From the NCBI GenBank assembly GCA_023251095.1, contig JAHEZL010000001.1:260278-324277 (forward strand): a DNA stretch of 64,000 nt, read 5' to 3'. Shown piece by piece: positions 8,979 through 18,168 of this stretch. Below the pieces are notes generated by a model, which was given only the letters and a program-made list of their open reading frames with translations, made no database searches and was not told where the DNA came from. A program made the position numbers and the translations under genes. Within the stretch, counting starts at the first letter, position 1. Each line of letters starts with the position of its first letter. This DNA is from Flavobacteriales bacterium (lineage in GTDB: Bacteria > Bacteroidota > Bacteroidia > Flavobacteriales_C > GCA-002722245).

Positions 8979-9742
8979 GCCTTAGAGGAGTTAACAGCGT
9001 TAATAAAATCTTCAAACATAGCGCTCGCTGCAGAAAAATCTTCTGCATTGATATCGTAATCGCCATACCACACTTTTTCGAAAAGACGATTCAACAAAAA
9101 GAATTTGCGGTACTGCGCGTGACCGTGCATCGCATTTAAAAAATCTTTACTGATGCTGTTCTTCTTCAACACGATTAAGTTTTTATCACTCAAATCGCGA
9201 AGAACAATCAAATAATAAATACGAACAGCCTCTCTGTAGGAATCGGCTTTCATAGCATTTTCCAGCAAAGCGCGTAAATTCAAATCATCAATATTGTCGG
9301 GAATAAAATCCGACACCACAGCATTCTCTCTTTTTACTTTATGATTTTTCGGAGAAAAATATTTGTTGCGCGCAAAAAGAATAAGGACAATAACCACTAT
9401 CACTCCCAGAGCGCACCACATAATGATTTTCACCATGTCTTTATTAATATTCCAGTTCCATCCCGGATCACGGATTTTCTCCACTTCCTCTTCTTGTTTC
9501 TTTTCCTGCTCGTAGTGCAACTCCCTGCAAAGCTTCTCCCATTTTTCCTGATCAAAGCGATGTTGCTTCACCACTTCTTCTGCTTCATTCATGGAATCAC
9601 TTGCTAAAGCAGGATCGTTTTCTTCCCAATTTTCAACTGCAATAGAATCCACAGCAAAAGCAGGTTCTTCCTGAGCACACACATTAGTCACTGCCGACAA
9701 AAACAGAAAGAAAAAGAAAATATGTTTGAACAATAATTTCAT
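8975..9742 (-). CDS. Secreted/one-TM protein, DUF4129-like member of the MoxR module (from memory)
   Basis: Has the signal peptide MKLLFKHIFFFFLFLSAVTNVCAQ, an acidic region, one TM (IIMWCALGVIVVIVLILF) and a C-terminal helical domain. Confidence 0.55.
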   Translation of the reverse strand: MKLLFKHIFFFFLFLSAVTNVCAQEEPAFAVDSIAVENWEENDPALASDSMNEAEEVVKQHRFDQEKWEKLCRELHYEQEKKQEEEVEKIRDPGWNWNINKDMVKIIMWCALGVIVVIVLILFARNKYFSPKNHKVKRENAVVSDFIPDNIDDLNLRALLENAMKADSYREAVRIYYLIVLRDLSDKNLIVLKKNSISKDFLNAMHGHAQYRKFFLLNRLFEKVWYGDYDINAEDFSAASAMFEDFINAVNSSKA

Positions 9743-9745
9743 GAA

Positions 9746-11578
9746 TTATTTCTCTCCGAAATTTTTAATTTTTCTATTGAGATCTCCGGCTTCTCCTATT
9801 TCCTGTTTGGTATAAAATAAAATTCCCGAGCTGATGGCAAACAGCGCCATCACCATATACAAACAGATGAATTCGATGAGTAACCAGATGCCATTGACGA
9901 TCATGGTTAACAAAGCAAAATCCACATTAAAATTCATGGTAAAGAAACCAACATATAAACCCATCAGCGGCGAGCTTGCCAGGAGATATAAAATAATGCC
10001 CAAAACAAAAACACACAAATACACCAAGAGCATTTTTCCGAAAGCCTGCTTCACAATAAAAAATGTTTTGGCAATGCCTTTGAATCCTCTTTTATAAATG
10101 AGGAATTGTATCAAAGTGACAATAGGCGAAAGGAATAAATACAGCACCACAGGTAATCCTGTTTCAAATAAAAGTAAGCCCAACAGCAGTTGAATCAACA
10201 AAATCGGAATGAAACCCTTTTGAAAGAAAGCCTTTGAAAACAAATATTTCAGGAAAGATTGAGGAATACTCTTTTCTTCTTCCGACTGAATTAAATAAAA
10301 CACAACAAAGGCATTTAAAACAAACACCGTTGAATTCATGAGAAATAAAACCGGATAACCATTGTAATCGAAAAGATACCTGAAACCGAAAAAGAAATCA
10401 GCGGGCCAGTCGAAATGCCGGGAATCGCCATACATATCCTCTCCGAAAAAATAAATCAACACCACCGAAATCAAAGCCAGCACCAGTGAAAACTTAAATA
10501 TTTTACTCGCATAACGTGCATACAAAGTAAAAGTATCGGCCACAATTTGCGCGGCGCTTTTCACTTCCGTGAAATTAATTACATGCTTAGGGAAGGAAAA
10601 TATTTTTTCTTCCTCAAAGGATTTATCAAATCCGTTTTTCGATTTGCGGTAAGGATACCACACAAAATACCACAGAAGAAAAACAAATGAAATGATAATC
10701 ACCATCAAACGAATCCAAAAAGGAGAATCGGTGAAACGGGTATAAAAACTTTCAATCAGCGCTGCAATCACCAAAATGGGGACAATGCCTAACAAAACCC
10801 TTACTCCGCTTTGTGCCGAGAGAAAGAAAGATTGTCCGCGTGAATATGTAGTGGGAAAAACCAATCCTTTACCCAGCGTTATTCCCGCTCCTCCGGCAAT
10901 AACAATGGATGCAATTTCCAATGTTCCGTGCTGCCAAATGGTTAAAGCCGATGCGCCCAGCAAACCATGCTGATAAAAGAAATACTGAAAGGTACCCAGC
11001 ATCACTCCGTTGTACAATATAAAAGCAATGGAACCCACAGAAAAGAAAACGCCTAAAAGAAAAGTGAAAAAGGCCACCCTCACATTATTAATAGTGATTC
11101 CTAAAAACATGTCTACATCGCTATGATCCTTGTACACCGCCATAGGATCTCCTTTTTTAATATTGTCAATGGTCATATTCACATAACCCTCGCCGAGTAT
11201 TTGTCGGGAAAAATGCGGGTCATACGCCGTAGAAACCGCACCTATCAATGCTGCCAATAAAAAAACCACCAGTGAAAGCAAGAGCTCTTTTCTGGCCATG
11301 TAAACAGAATGAGGCAGCTCTTCTACCCAAAACTGAACGAAGCGGTTTTTTTTGACATACTTAACGCCATTCAGTTTTTGAAATATTTTTTGAGCTAGTC
11401 CGTTTAAAAAAACGGTTACCGATCTGTTCGGATAAAACGTACGGGCGTAAGACAAATCATCAGTTACCTCAATAAATAATTCGCTTAATTCATCAGGGTC
11501 CTTCTTCTTGCTTTCAAGAACCTTTTCGAACTTCGTCCATTTTTCTTTATTTTGCTCTATGAATTTTGTTTCGCGCAT
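9746..11578 (-). CDS. SpoIIM-like (DUF95) polytopic membrane protein with a long C-terminal multi-TM extension
   Basis: Has HGTLEIASIVIAGGAGITLG and NGVMLGTFQYFF motifs as in stage II sporulation protein M-type proteins. The start is set at the internal ATG (MRETKFIEQNKEKW) at 11578, not the upstream ATG at 11629 that opens the ORF track. Confidence 0.7.
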   Translation of the reverse strand: MRETKFIEQNKEKWTKFEKVLESKKKDPDELSELFIEVTDDLSYARTFYPNRSVTVFLNGLAQKIFQKLNGVKYVKKNRFVQFWVEELPHSVYMARKELLLSLVVFLLAALIGAVSTAYDPHFSRQILGEGYVNMTIDNIKKGDPMAVYKDHSDVDMFLGITINNVRVAFFTFLLGVFFSVGSIAFILYNGVMLGTFQYFFYQHGLLGASALTIWQHGTLEIASIVIAGGAGITLGKGLVFPTTYSRGQSFFLSAQSGVRVLLGIVPILVIAALIESFYTRFTDSPFWIRLMVIIISFVFLLWYFVWYPYRKSKNGFDKSFEEEKIFSFPKHVINFTEVKSAAQIVADTFTLYARYASKIFKFSLVLALISVVLIYFFGEDMYGDSRHFDWPADFFFGFRYLFDYNGYPVLFLMNSTVFVLNAFVVFYLIQSEEEKSIPQSFLKYLFSKAFFQKGFIPILLIQLLLGLLLFETGLPVVLYLFLSPIVTLIQFLIYKRGFKGIAKTFFIVKQAFGKMLLVYLCVFVLGIILYLLASSPLMGLYVGFFTMNFNVDFALLTMIVNGIWLLIEFICLYMVMALFAISSGILFYTKQEIGEAGDLNRKIKNFGEK

Positions 11579-11601
11579 GGAGCAGTAAAAATAATATTTC
11601 C

Positions 11602-12330
11602 TTGAGAACCATCGACATACAAACCACACAAAAAGTAACTGTAAATTATCAGCTGGCTACTTTTTGGCATCGTTTTCTTGCGCTGGCCATTGATTTGATT
11701 ATGCTTAGCGTGTTTATCGGTTTGTTTACTTTATTTATGAACCTCTCTTTTGATTACAGTCATACTGTAGAAGTCATTCGTTACCTCGTCATTTTTTTCG
11801 TGCTTTATTTTCATGCCTTGCTGAGCGAGATTTTTTTTAACGGACAAACGCTTGGTAAACTGGCCGTGGGCATAAGAGTGGTGAAACTGAACGGAACCAA
11901 ATTAAACATTACCGATTGTGTTATCAGATGGTGCTTTCGCCTGATCGACGTGTTTTTGTCTTTTGGAGCAATTGCAGCAGTAACCATGAATTCCACCAAC
12001 AAAGGTCAGCGTTTGGGCGATTTGCTGGCCAACACCTCCATCATTAAATCCCGGTCAAGTCTTAATTTCAAATTAAAAGATATTCTTTCCATCAAAACCA
12101 CCGAGAGCTATCAGCCAAAATATCCTGAAGTAAAAACCTTTAAAGAGCACGAAATGATTTTGGTGAAAACCGTTTTGGAAAGAGTGAAAAAACATCCGAA
12201 TGCGGCTCATCAAAAGGCGCTGGATAGTTTGGTAGAAAAAATTTCAGAGCAATTGGGAATCAGCAAACCGAAAGACAAAATTGTATTTTTAAATACGCTC
12301 CTAAAGGATTACATCGTGCTTACACGATAG
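11602..12330 (+). CDS. RDD-family membrane protein (second copy)
   Basis: Has YQLATFWHRFLALAIDLIM and the RLGDLLANT region. No ATG lies upstream of the domain, so the likely start is TTG at 11602 (MRTIDIQTTQ); the alternative is TTG at 11566. Confidence 0.7.
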   Translation: MRTIDIQTTQKVTVNYQLATFWHRFLALAIDLIMLSVFIGLFTLFMNLSFDYSHTVEVIRYLVIFFVLYFHALLSEIFFNGQTLGKLAVGIRVVKLNGTKLNITDCVIRWCFRLIDVFLSFGAIAAVTMNSTNKGQRLGDLLANTSIIKSRSSLNFKLKDILSIKTTESYQPKYPEVKTFKEHEMILVKTVLERVKKHPNAAHQKALDSLVEKISEQLGISKPKDKIVFLNTLLKDYIVLTR

Positions 12331-12331
12331 G

Positions 12332-13417
12332 CTACTTCAGCAATTCCAATTCACAGGAAATAGGATAATGATCAGATAAATTGCGATCGAGCGTTTTATA
12401 ATTGAAAGAAGAAATTTTTTCATCGTGCAGGATATAATCAATCCTCAATAAAGGCAATTTACCCGCATACGTTTTTCCGAAGCCCGAACCGCTTTCCACA
12501 AAAGCATCTTCCAGCTTTTCGGTAAATTCATGGTAGGCATAAGAAGACGGCGGATCATTTAAATCGCCGCAAACTATAACCCGATAAGGAGATGATTTTA
12601 TCACTTTTGAAATCGTATCAATTTCTTTAGCCTTGGCTTCGTAAGCAATTTCAAAACGTTTTAAAATTCCTTTTGAATCTTCGGAAGAAGGGATTTCATT
12701 GTTCTCCAGCATATCACCCAGCACTGCTTTTTCCTTGAAGCTAAAGCGAAAAGAACGCAAATGAACATTAAAAACACGAATGGTGTCTGCATTGATTTTT
12801 ATATCGCAATAAGTAGCAAAGGGATAAGCCGGATCAAAATAAAATGCTTTTTTATTTACAATGGGATAAGCCGAAACAGTAAATAAACCCCACTTGGTAT
12901 CGTTGTAAAAATCGCCCATGTCGTTGAGGTAGCAATATTTTGTTTTACGGGAAAGCAGCGGTGAAATGATGTTCCACTTTTTTGATTCCCGACTGTAAAA
13001 CTCCTGAAAACAAACAATATCAGGTTGTTCACGATCGAGCATTTGAAAAATACTATCGCGCACCACTCCCTGCTTTGCGATGTATTCGTAATAATCGAGT
13101 CCGCGCGAATTGAACGACATTATTTTAATTCCTTTCTTTTTTTCAGGATCAGAAGAATCAAACTGAACAGCGTGAATTAAAGTTGGAATAGCCACTATCA
13201 TTAAACTTGCCGAAGGTAAAATCCAATAACTTTTAGCCAGCAACCAGCCCAGCACAAACACAAAATTAATCACCACCAAAATCGGGAAAAGTAAGCCGCA
13301 AGCCGCAATTACCCATGAATCTTCGGGGGAAATATTGGTAGCTAATAGCGCCAGCAAAAACGCAGCAGCAACCAGTATATTCAAACAAATAAAAAATATT
13401 TTAAAAAAGGTTTTCAA
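12332..13417 (-). CDS. Endonuclease/exonuclease/phosphatase (EEP) family protein with N-terminal TM anchor
   Basis: Has three N-terminal TM helices and EEP motifs (IMSFNS, DIVCFQE, GDLNDPP, SDHYP). The apparent TTG start directly abuts the upstream stop. Confidence 0.8.
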   Translation of the reverse strand: MKTFFKIFFICLNILVAAAFLLALLATNISPEDSWVIAACGLLFPILVVINFVFVLGWLLAKSYWILPSASLMIVAIPTLIHAVQFDSSDPEKKKGIKIMSFNSRGLDYYEYIAKQGVVRDSIFQMLDREQPDIVCFQEFYSRESKKWNIISPLLSRKTKYCYLNDMGDFYNDTKWGLFTVSAYPIVNKKAFYFDPAYPFATYCDIKINADTIRVFNVHLRSFRFSFKEKAVLGDMLENNEIPSSEDSKGILKRFEIAYEAKAKEIDTISKVIKSSPYRVIVCGDLNDPPSSYAYHEFTEKLEDAFVESGSGFGKTYAGKLPLLRIDYILHDEKISSFNYKTLDRNLSDHYPISCELELLK

Positions 13418-14326
13418 TTACTGGCGACTGGATTTATTTAAAAAATCTTTTTCTTCTTTAGTCAGACTCTCATATCCTGATCTTCCGATTTTATCCAGAA
13501 TTTCATCTACTCTCTCCTGCATTTTCTTTTTGGTATAATTATAATCCTCGTCTTTCATTTTGCGCACTTTGCTGTGCGACACGTACAAATCGGAATTGTT
13601 TCTTTTAAACAAGGAAAATGTTTTATCAATGAAACGGGAAAACCCTTTGGTGACGTCTTTACCTTGCAAATATTGCTTGGCCATATTAAATCCGAAAGCC
13701 GCTCCCATGATATGCGCAATATGTCCGCCCGTATTGCCATCGTAAAACTGAACTAAATCGAGGCCGAAAATAATTAATCCCAGATAGCGCAGCTCAACCG
13801 GAAAAACGCCAAACAAATTCGCCTTCATGGTTGGCGCATACACGCAAACCGCAATAAAAATAGCCATTACAGCGGCGGAAGCACCTAAGGCCGTCGACTC
13901 ATAATTCGCGAAATATGGAAGAAAAGTACTTGCTAAAATCAGCACCACTGCACCCGACAAACCTCCGAGGATATAAGTAGCCAGTAATTTTTTCTCCCCA
14001 AAAAACTGAACAAATAACTGTCCCGAAAAATACAACATCAGCATATTGAAAAACAAATGGAAAATACCCACATGCGTAAACATGTGTGTGATGAGTGTCC
14101 ACGGTTTAAAAATCAATTTAGAAAAATTAGAATACAACTCCAGCCATTCGCTCCACTGATGCATGCTGTCTTCCAATCCCGGATGTTGTTCTCTCGGAAT
14201 AAACAAGCCACCTACCAAACCTAAAATCAACAATACGGCAAACACAGTAACATTCACAAAGATGAGTTTAATCACCATGTTGCCATTTTTGAAATTACGC
14301 TTGATATCGTCGATGATGCTTGCCAT
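13418..14326 (-). CDS. Rhomboid-family intramembrane serine protease with a C-terminal cytoplasmic extension
   Basis: Has HLFFNM, GASAAV (catalytic Ser region) and HIAHIMGAAFG (catalytic His region). Confidence 0.85.
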   Translation of the reverse strand: MASIIDDIKRNFKNGNMVIKLIFVNVTVFAVLLILGLVGGLFIPREQHPGLEDSMHQWSEWLELYSNFSKLIFKPWTLITHMFTHVGIFHLFFNMLMLYFSGQLFVQFFGEKKLLATYILGGLSGAVVLILASTFLPYFANYESTALGASAAVMAIFIAVCVYAPTMKANLFGVFPVELRYLGLIIFGLDLVQFYDGNTGGHIAHIMGAAFGFNMAKQYLQGKDVTKGFSRFIDKTFSLFKRNNSDLYVSHSKVRKMKDEDYNYTKKKMQERVDEILDKIGRSGYESLTKEEKDFLNKSSRQ

Positions 14327-14332
14327 TTTGTA

Positions 14333-14983
14333 CTACAATATATATTTACTTTTCCAATATTTAATGAGAATGAATCCGAAAATTGCACCGCCAACATGTG
14401 CGAAATGAGCAATGTTATCGCCCGGAATATTTGCGAAACCGCTGAACAATTCCACCACTCCGTATATGATCACAAAGTATTTTGCTTTAATAGGAATTGG
14501 TAAAAAAAGCATGATCAGCTCTACATTCGGAAAAAGCATTCCAAAGCCGGCCAGCAAGCCGAACAATGATCCTGAAGCACCCACCATTGTATAACCGATA
14601 TCCACTTTATCCTGCACTTCATACAATCCGTAAACATCAATTAAAGGCTTCAACTGGTAATAATAAATGGCCATTTGTAAAAGCGCAGCGCCAAAACCGG
14701 CTACTAAATACAGGATTAAAAAACGTTGCGGACCCAATCGTTCTTCCAGCGCAGAACCAAACATATACACCCCTATCATATTGAAAAAGATGTGCATCAA
14801 ACTGCCATGCATAAACATGTAAGTAAAGAGCTGCAAAGGTTTAAAAGTGGAAAATCCGAAGTAATGCAAACCAAACATGTTGAGCATATTGTCGGTATCA
14901 AACACCATGTAAGTGAGTGCAAACATCACCACGTTAATGATGAGTAAATTTTTAGTAATGGGCGGTAGCGGACGTTGTAGCAT
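14333..14983 (-). CDS. Rhomboid-family intramembrane serine protease
   Basis: Has HIFFNM, GASGSLFGLL and AHFAHVGGAIFG motifs. 216 aa. Confidence 0.85.
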   Translation of the reverse strand: MLQRPLPPITKNLLIINVVMFALTYMVFDTDNMLNMFGLHYFGFSTFKPLQLFTYMFMHGSLMHIFFNMIGVYMFGSALEERLGPQRFLILYLVAGFGAALLQMAIYYYQLKPLIDVYGLYEVQDKVDIGYTMVGASGSLFGLLAGFGMLFPNVELIMLFLPIPIKAKYFVIIYGVVELFSGFANIPGDNIAHFAHVGGAIFGFILIKYWKSKYIL

Positions 14984-14984
14984 G

Positions 14985-16766
14985 TTATTTAAACTTTTCT
15001 AACAATTCATAATTATCAATATTCCAAAGCGCAAGATTTCCGTTGGGATCAACCGTTGGTTTTTCACACAAAAACAATTCACTCACCAGCATTTGCATTT
15101 CCTCGCGGGATAAGGTTTGTCCGGATTTAATACAAGTTTGATTCGCCAGCGATTTTGCGAGATTGTCGCGCTTATCAATTTTTTGAGTTTTATTTTCTTT
15201 GAATTCTTCCAGCAATCCTTCCATCAAGGCTTTAGGATTAGCATCTTTCATATCGGCAGGCAAACCATTCACCACATAAGTGTTTTTGCCAAACTCGGTA
15301 ATATCGAAACCAATACTTTTAAAATCTTCTTCCAGATCTTTCATCAGTTGAAAGTCAGCAGGGTTAAGTTCCAGCGATTCAGGAAAAAGAATTTGCTGTG
15401 AAACGCCCTTGTTGTTTTTCAGGAGCTCGGTAAAATATTCATACAAAATTCTTTTGTGGGCGCGATGCTGATCCACAATCAGCAAGCCTTCTTCAATCGC
15501 AGTGATGATGTATTTATTTCTGAACTGATGATAAAAAGCATTGTCTTCTTTTTTCTCGTCGAATAATTTTGCAGCAGGAGCAGCAGGCGCATCCCCTTTG
15601 TACATTTCTTCCCATTGAGTGTGCATCTTGCGCGGTGCAGAACGAACCTCTTCCCGGAAAGGATTGTAATTGGGATCCACCTTGATGGTGGGCGCCGGAA
15701 TAAAATCGCCTTTGTTGGGCTCCAGCGCATTATCAAACAAAGTTTCTCTTTCAAAATCCAAAGAAGGCGACACGCTGTACTTGCTCAAAGCCTGCTTCAC
15801 CGAAGCGCGCACAATGGCATAAACCGATTTTTCATCTTCAAATTTAATTTCGGTTTTGGTTGGGTGAATATTGATATCGATGCTGGAAGGATCAACTTCC
15901 AGTAAAATGAAATACGAAGCGAACGAATCCCTGCCGAGCAATTCATCATAGGCATTCGACACTGCGTGATTCAAATAATTATTTTTGATAAAACGGCCGT
16001 TCACAAAGAAAAACTGCTCACCTCTTGTTTTCTTTGCAAACTCAGGTTTCCCGATATAGCCTGTTACTTTTACAATGTTATTATTGTCTTCTTCAACAGG
16101 AACCAAACGCTGATTATACGCAGCACCAAACACAGCAACAATACGCTGACGGAAAGATCCTTTTTCCAGATGATAAATTTCATCTTCGTTGTTGTGATAA
16201 GAAAAAGCTATTTCGGGATGAACCAAGGCTACTCTTTGAAATTCATCAATGATGTGGCGGATTTCAACAGAATCGGATTTCAAAAATTTTCGTCGCGCCG
16301 GAACATTGTAAAATAAATTTTTCACGCTCATGCTGGAACCCTCGTGCGTAGCGCAAGGCAATTGATCAATGTATTTACTTCCTTCAATGCGGATATGCGT
16401 TCCTAATTCTTTTCCTGCTTGTTTCGATTTTAAATCAACATGCGCAATCGCTGCAATAGAAGCCAAAGCTTCCCCTCTGAATCCTTTGGTTAAGATGCAA
16501 AAGAGATCATCGGCCTTGCTGATTTTTGAAGTGGCGTGACGCTCAAAACTCATGCGTGCATCAGTGTCGCTCATCCCCTTCCCGTTGTCAATCACCTGAA
16601 TCAATGTTTTTCCTGCGTCTTTTACAATCAGTTCAATAGAGGTAGCACCGCTGTCGATAGCGTTCTCCAATAACTCTTTAACTACTGATGCAGGGCGCTG
16701 TACCACCTCACCGGCGGCAATCTGATTAGCAACAGAATCGGGCAATAATTTTATGATGTCGGCCAT
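14985..16766 (-). CDS. mutL: DNA mismatch repair protein MutL
   Basis: Has the N-terminal GHKL ATPase motifs IAAGEVVQRPASVVKELLENAIDSGA, DNGKGM and GFRGEAL. Confidence 0.95.
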   Translation of the reverse strand: MADIIKLLPDSVANQIAAGEVVQRPASVVKELLENAIDSGATSIELIVKDAGKTLIQVIDNGKGMSDTDARMSFERHATSKISKADDLFCILTKGFRGEALASIAAIAHVDLKSKQAGKELGTHIRIEGSKYIDQLPCATHEGSSMSVKNLFYNVPARRKFLKSDSVEIRHIIDEFQRVALVHPEIAFSYHNNEDEIYHLEKGSFRQRIVAVFGAAYNQRLVPVEEDNNNIVKVTGYIGKPEFAKKTRGEQFFFVNGRFIKNNYLNHAVSNAYDELLGRDSFASYFILLEVDPSSIDINIHPTKTEIKFEDEKSVYAIVRASVKQALSKYSVSPSLDFERETLFDNALEPNKGDFIPAPTIKVDPNYNPFREEVRSAPRKMHTQWEEMYKGDAPAAPAAKLFDEKKEDNAFYHQFRNKYIITAIEEGLLIVDQHRAHKRILYEYFTELLKNNKGVSQQILFPESLELNPADFQLMKDLEEDFKSIGFDITEFGKNTYVVNGLPADMKDANPKALMEGLLEEFKENKTQKIDKRDNLAKSLANQTCIKSGQTLSREEMQMLVSELFLCEKPTVDPNGNLALWNIDNYELLEKFK

Positions 16767-16773
16767 TTGTTTT

Positions 16774-16781
16774 CAAATATA
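16774..16781 (-). promoter_or_regulatory. Candidate -7 box TATATTTG for mutL
   Basis: CAAATATA on the plus strand equals TATATTTG on the minus strand, 8 nt upstream of the mutL ATG. No clear -33 TTG. Chance matches of this motif are frequent. Confidence 0.3.
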
Positions 16782-16872
16782 GTTTATCTGCTTAAAATGG
16801 GGAACTGTTTTTATAGTTTTTAGTAAATCATTGAATTTGACCAATTGACACTATTTCTGCATCTTTGCAGCA

Positions 16873-18168
16873 ATGAATCAATACAAAAAAGTAGCCTTTT
16901 ATACCCTCGGATGTAAACTCAATTTCTCCGAAACATCTACCATTGCCCGTGGTTTTGAAAAAGGCGGCTATGCTAAAGTTGATTTTGATGAGCATGCCGA
17001 CATCTACATTATCAACACTTGTTCGGTAACCGACAATGCCGATAAAAAATGCAAACAGATTGTAAAAAAGGCGCGCAAACAAAATCCCGATGCTTTTGTG
17101 GCCATCATAGGTTGCTACGCTCAGTTGAAGCCGCAGGAAATTGCAGCTATTGAAGGCGTGAGTTTAGTGCTGGGCGCCAACGAAAAGTTCAATATCCTTG
17201 AACACGTTGAAAACATTGACAAAGCTGATTCCACCAAAATATTTGAAGGAGCAATTGATCAGGTGAATATTTTTCATCCGTCTTTCTCCTATGGCGACAG
17301 AACACGTACTTTCCTGAAGGTTCAGGACGGTTGCGATTACTCCTGTTCTTTCTGTACCATTCCATTGGCGCGCGGAAAAAGCAGAAGCAACACCATTGCT
17401 CAAACCATGAAAGTAGCGCAGGAAGTAGCCGAAAGCGATGCCCGTGAAATTGTGCTGACAGGCGTTAACATTGGCGATTTTGGGAAAAACAACGATGAGG
17501 ATTTTTTGGGATTGGTAAAAGAACTGGATCAATTGAAAAACATCGATAGAATCAGGATTTCTTCCATAGAACCAAATTTACTCACAGGAGAAATTATTTC
17601 CTTCGTTGCGCAGTCGCAAAAATTTGTTCCTCACTTCCATGTGCCTTTACAATCGGGATCTCCCGAGATTCTCAAAGCCATGCGTCGTCGTTACAAAAGA
17701 GAAATTTACACCGATAGGGTTGAAAAAATAAAAACTTCAATGCCACATTGCTGCATTGGCGTTGACGTGATTGTTGGTTTCCCGGGTGAAACAGAAGAAC
17801 TCTTCATGGAAACTTATAATTTCCTTACCGAACTCAATATTTCTTATTTACACGTTTTTACTTATTCGGAAAGAGATAACACGCACGCTATTGAACTGGG
17901 GGGTATCGTAAATCCTTCCGACAGAGCGAAAAGAAGTAAAATGCTGCACATTCTTTCCGACAAAAAACGCCGTGCTTTTTACGAACAAAACATTGGCGCC
18001 GAAACCACCGTTTTATTTGAAGCCGAGCGCGACGGTGAAATGATGTATGGTTTCACTGAGAATTACGTGAAAGTAAAAACTCCCTACAACGAAGCACTGG
18101 CCAATCAAATCGTTAAAGTTAAACTGACTGAGATTGATAGGGACGGGATTGTGAAGTGTAGTTTTTAA
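16873..18168 (+). CDS. mtaB: tRNA t6A37 methylthiotransferase MtaB (radical SAM)
   Basis: Has the N-terminal YTLGCKLNFSE (UPF0004 cysteine) region, the radical-SAM CDYSCSFC motif and a size of about 430 aa. Confidence 0.88.
   Translation: MNQYKKVAFYTLGCKLNFSETSTIARGFEKGGYAKVDFDEHADIYIINTCSVTDNADKKCKQIVKKARKQNPDAFVAIIGCYAQLKPQEIAAIEGVSLVLGANEKFNILEHVENIDKADSTKIFEGAIDQVNIFHPSFSYGDRTRTFLKVQDGCDYSCSFCTIPLARGKSRSNTIAQTMKVAQEVAESDAREIVLTGVNIGDFGKNNDEDFLGLVKELDQLKNIDRIRISSIEPNLLTGEIISFVAQSQKFVPHFHVPLQSGSPEILKAMRRRYKREIYTDRVEKIKTSMPHCCIGVDVIVGFPGETEELFMETYNFLTELNISYLHVFTYSERDNTHAIELGGIVNPSDRAKRSKMLHILSDKKRRAFYEQNIGAETTVLFEAERDGEMMYGFTENYVKVKTPYNEALANQIVKVKLTEIDRDGIVKCSF

Noticed and set aside
9746-11578. 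The name 'stage II sporulation protein M' taken as evidence for sporulation
   Set aside because: The similarity is to the DUF95/SpoIIM membrane fold only. Bacteroidota do not sporulate, and the gene sits in a MoxR module.
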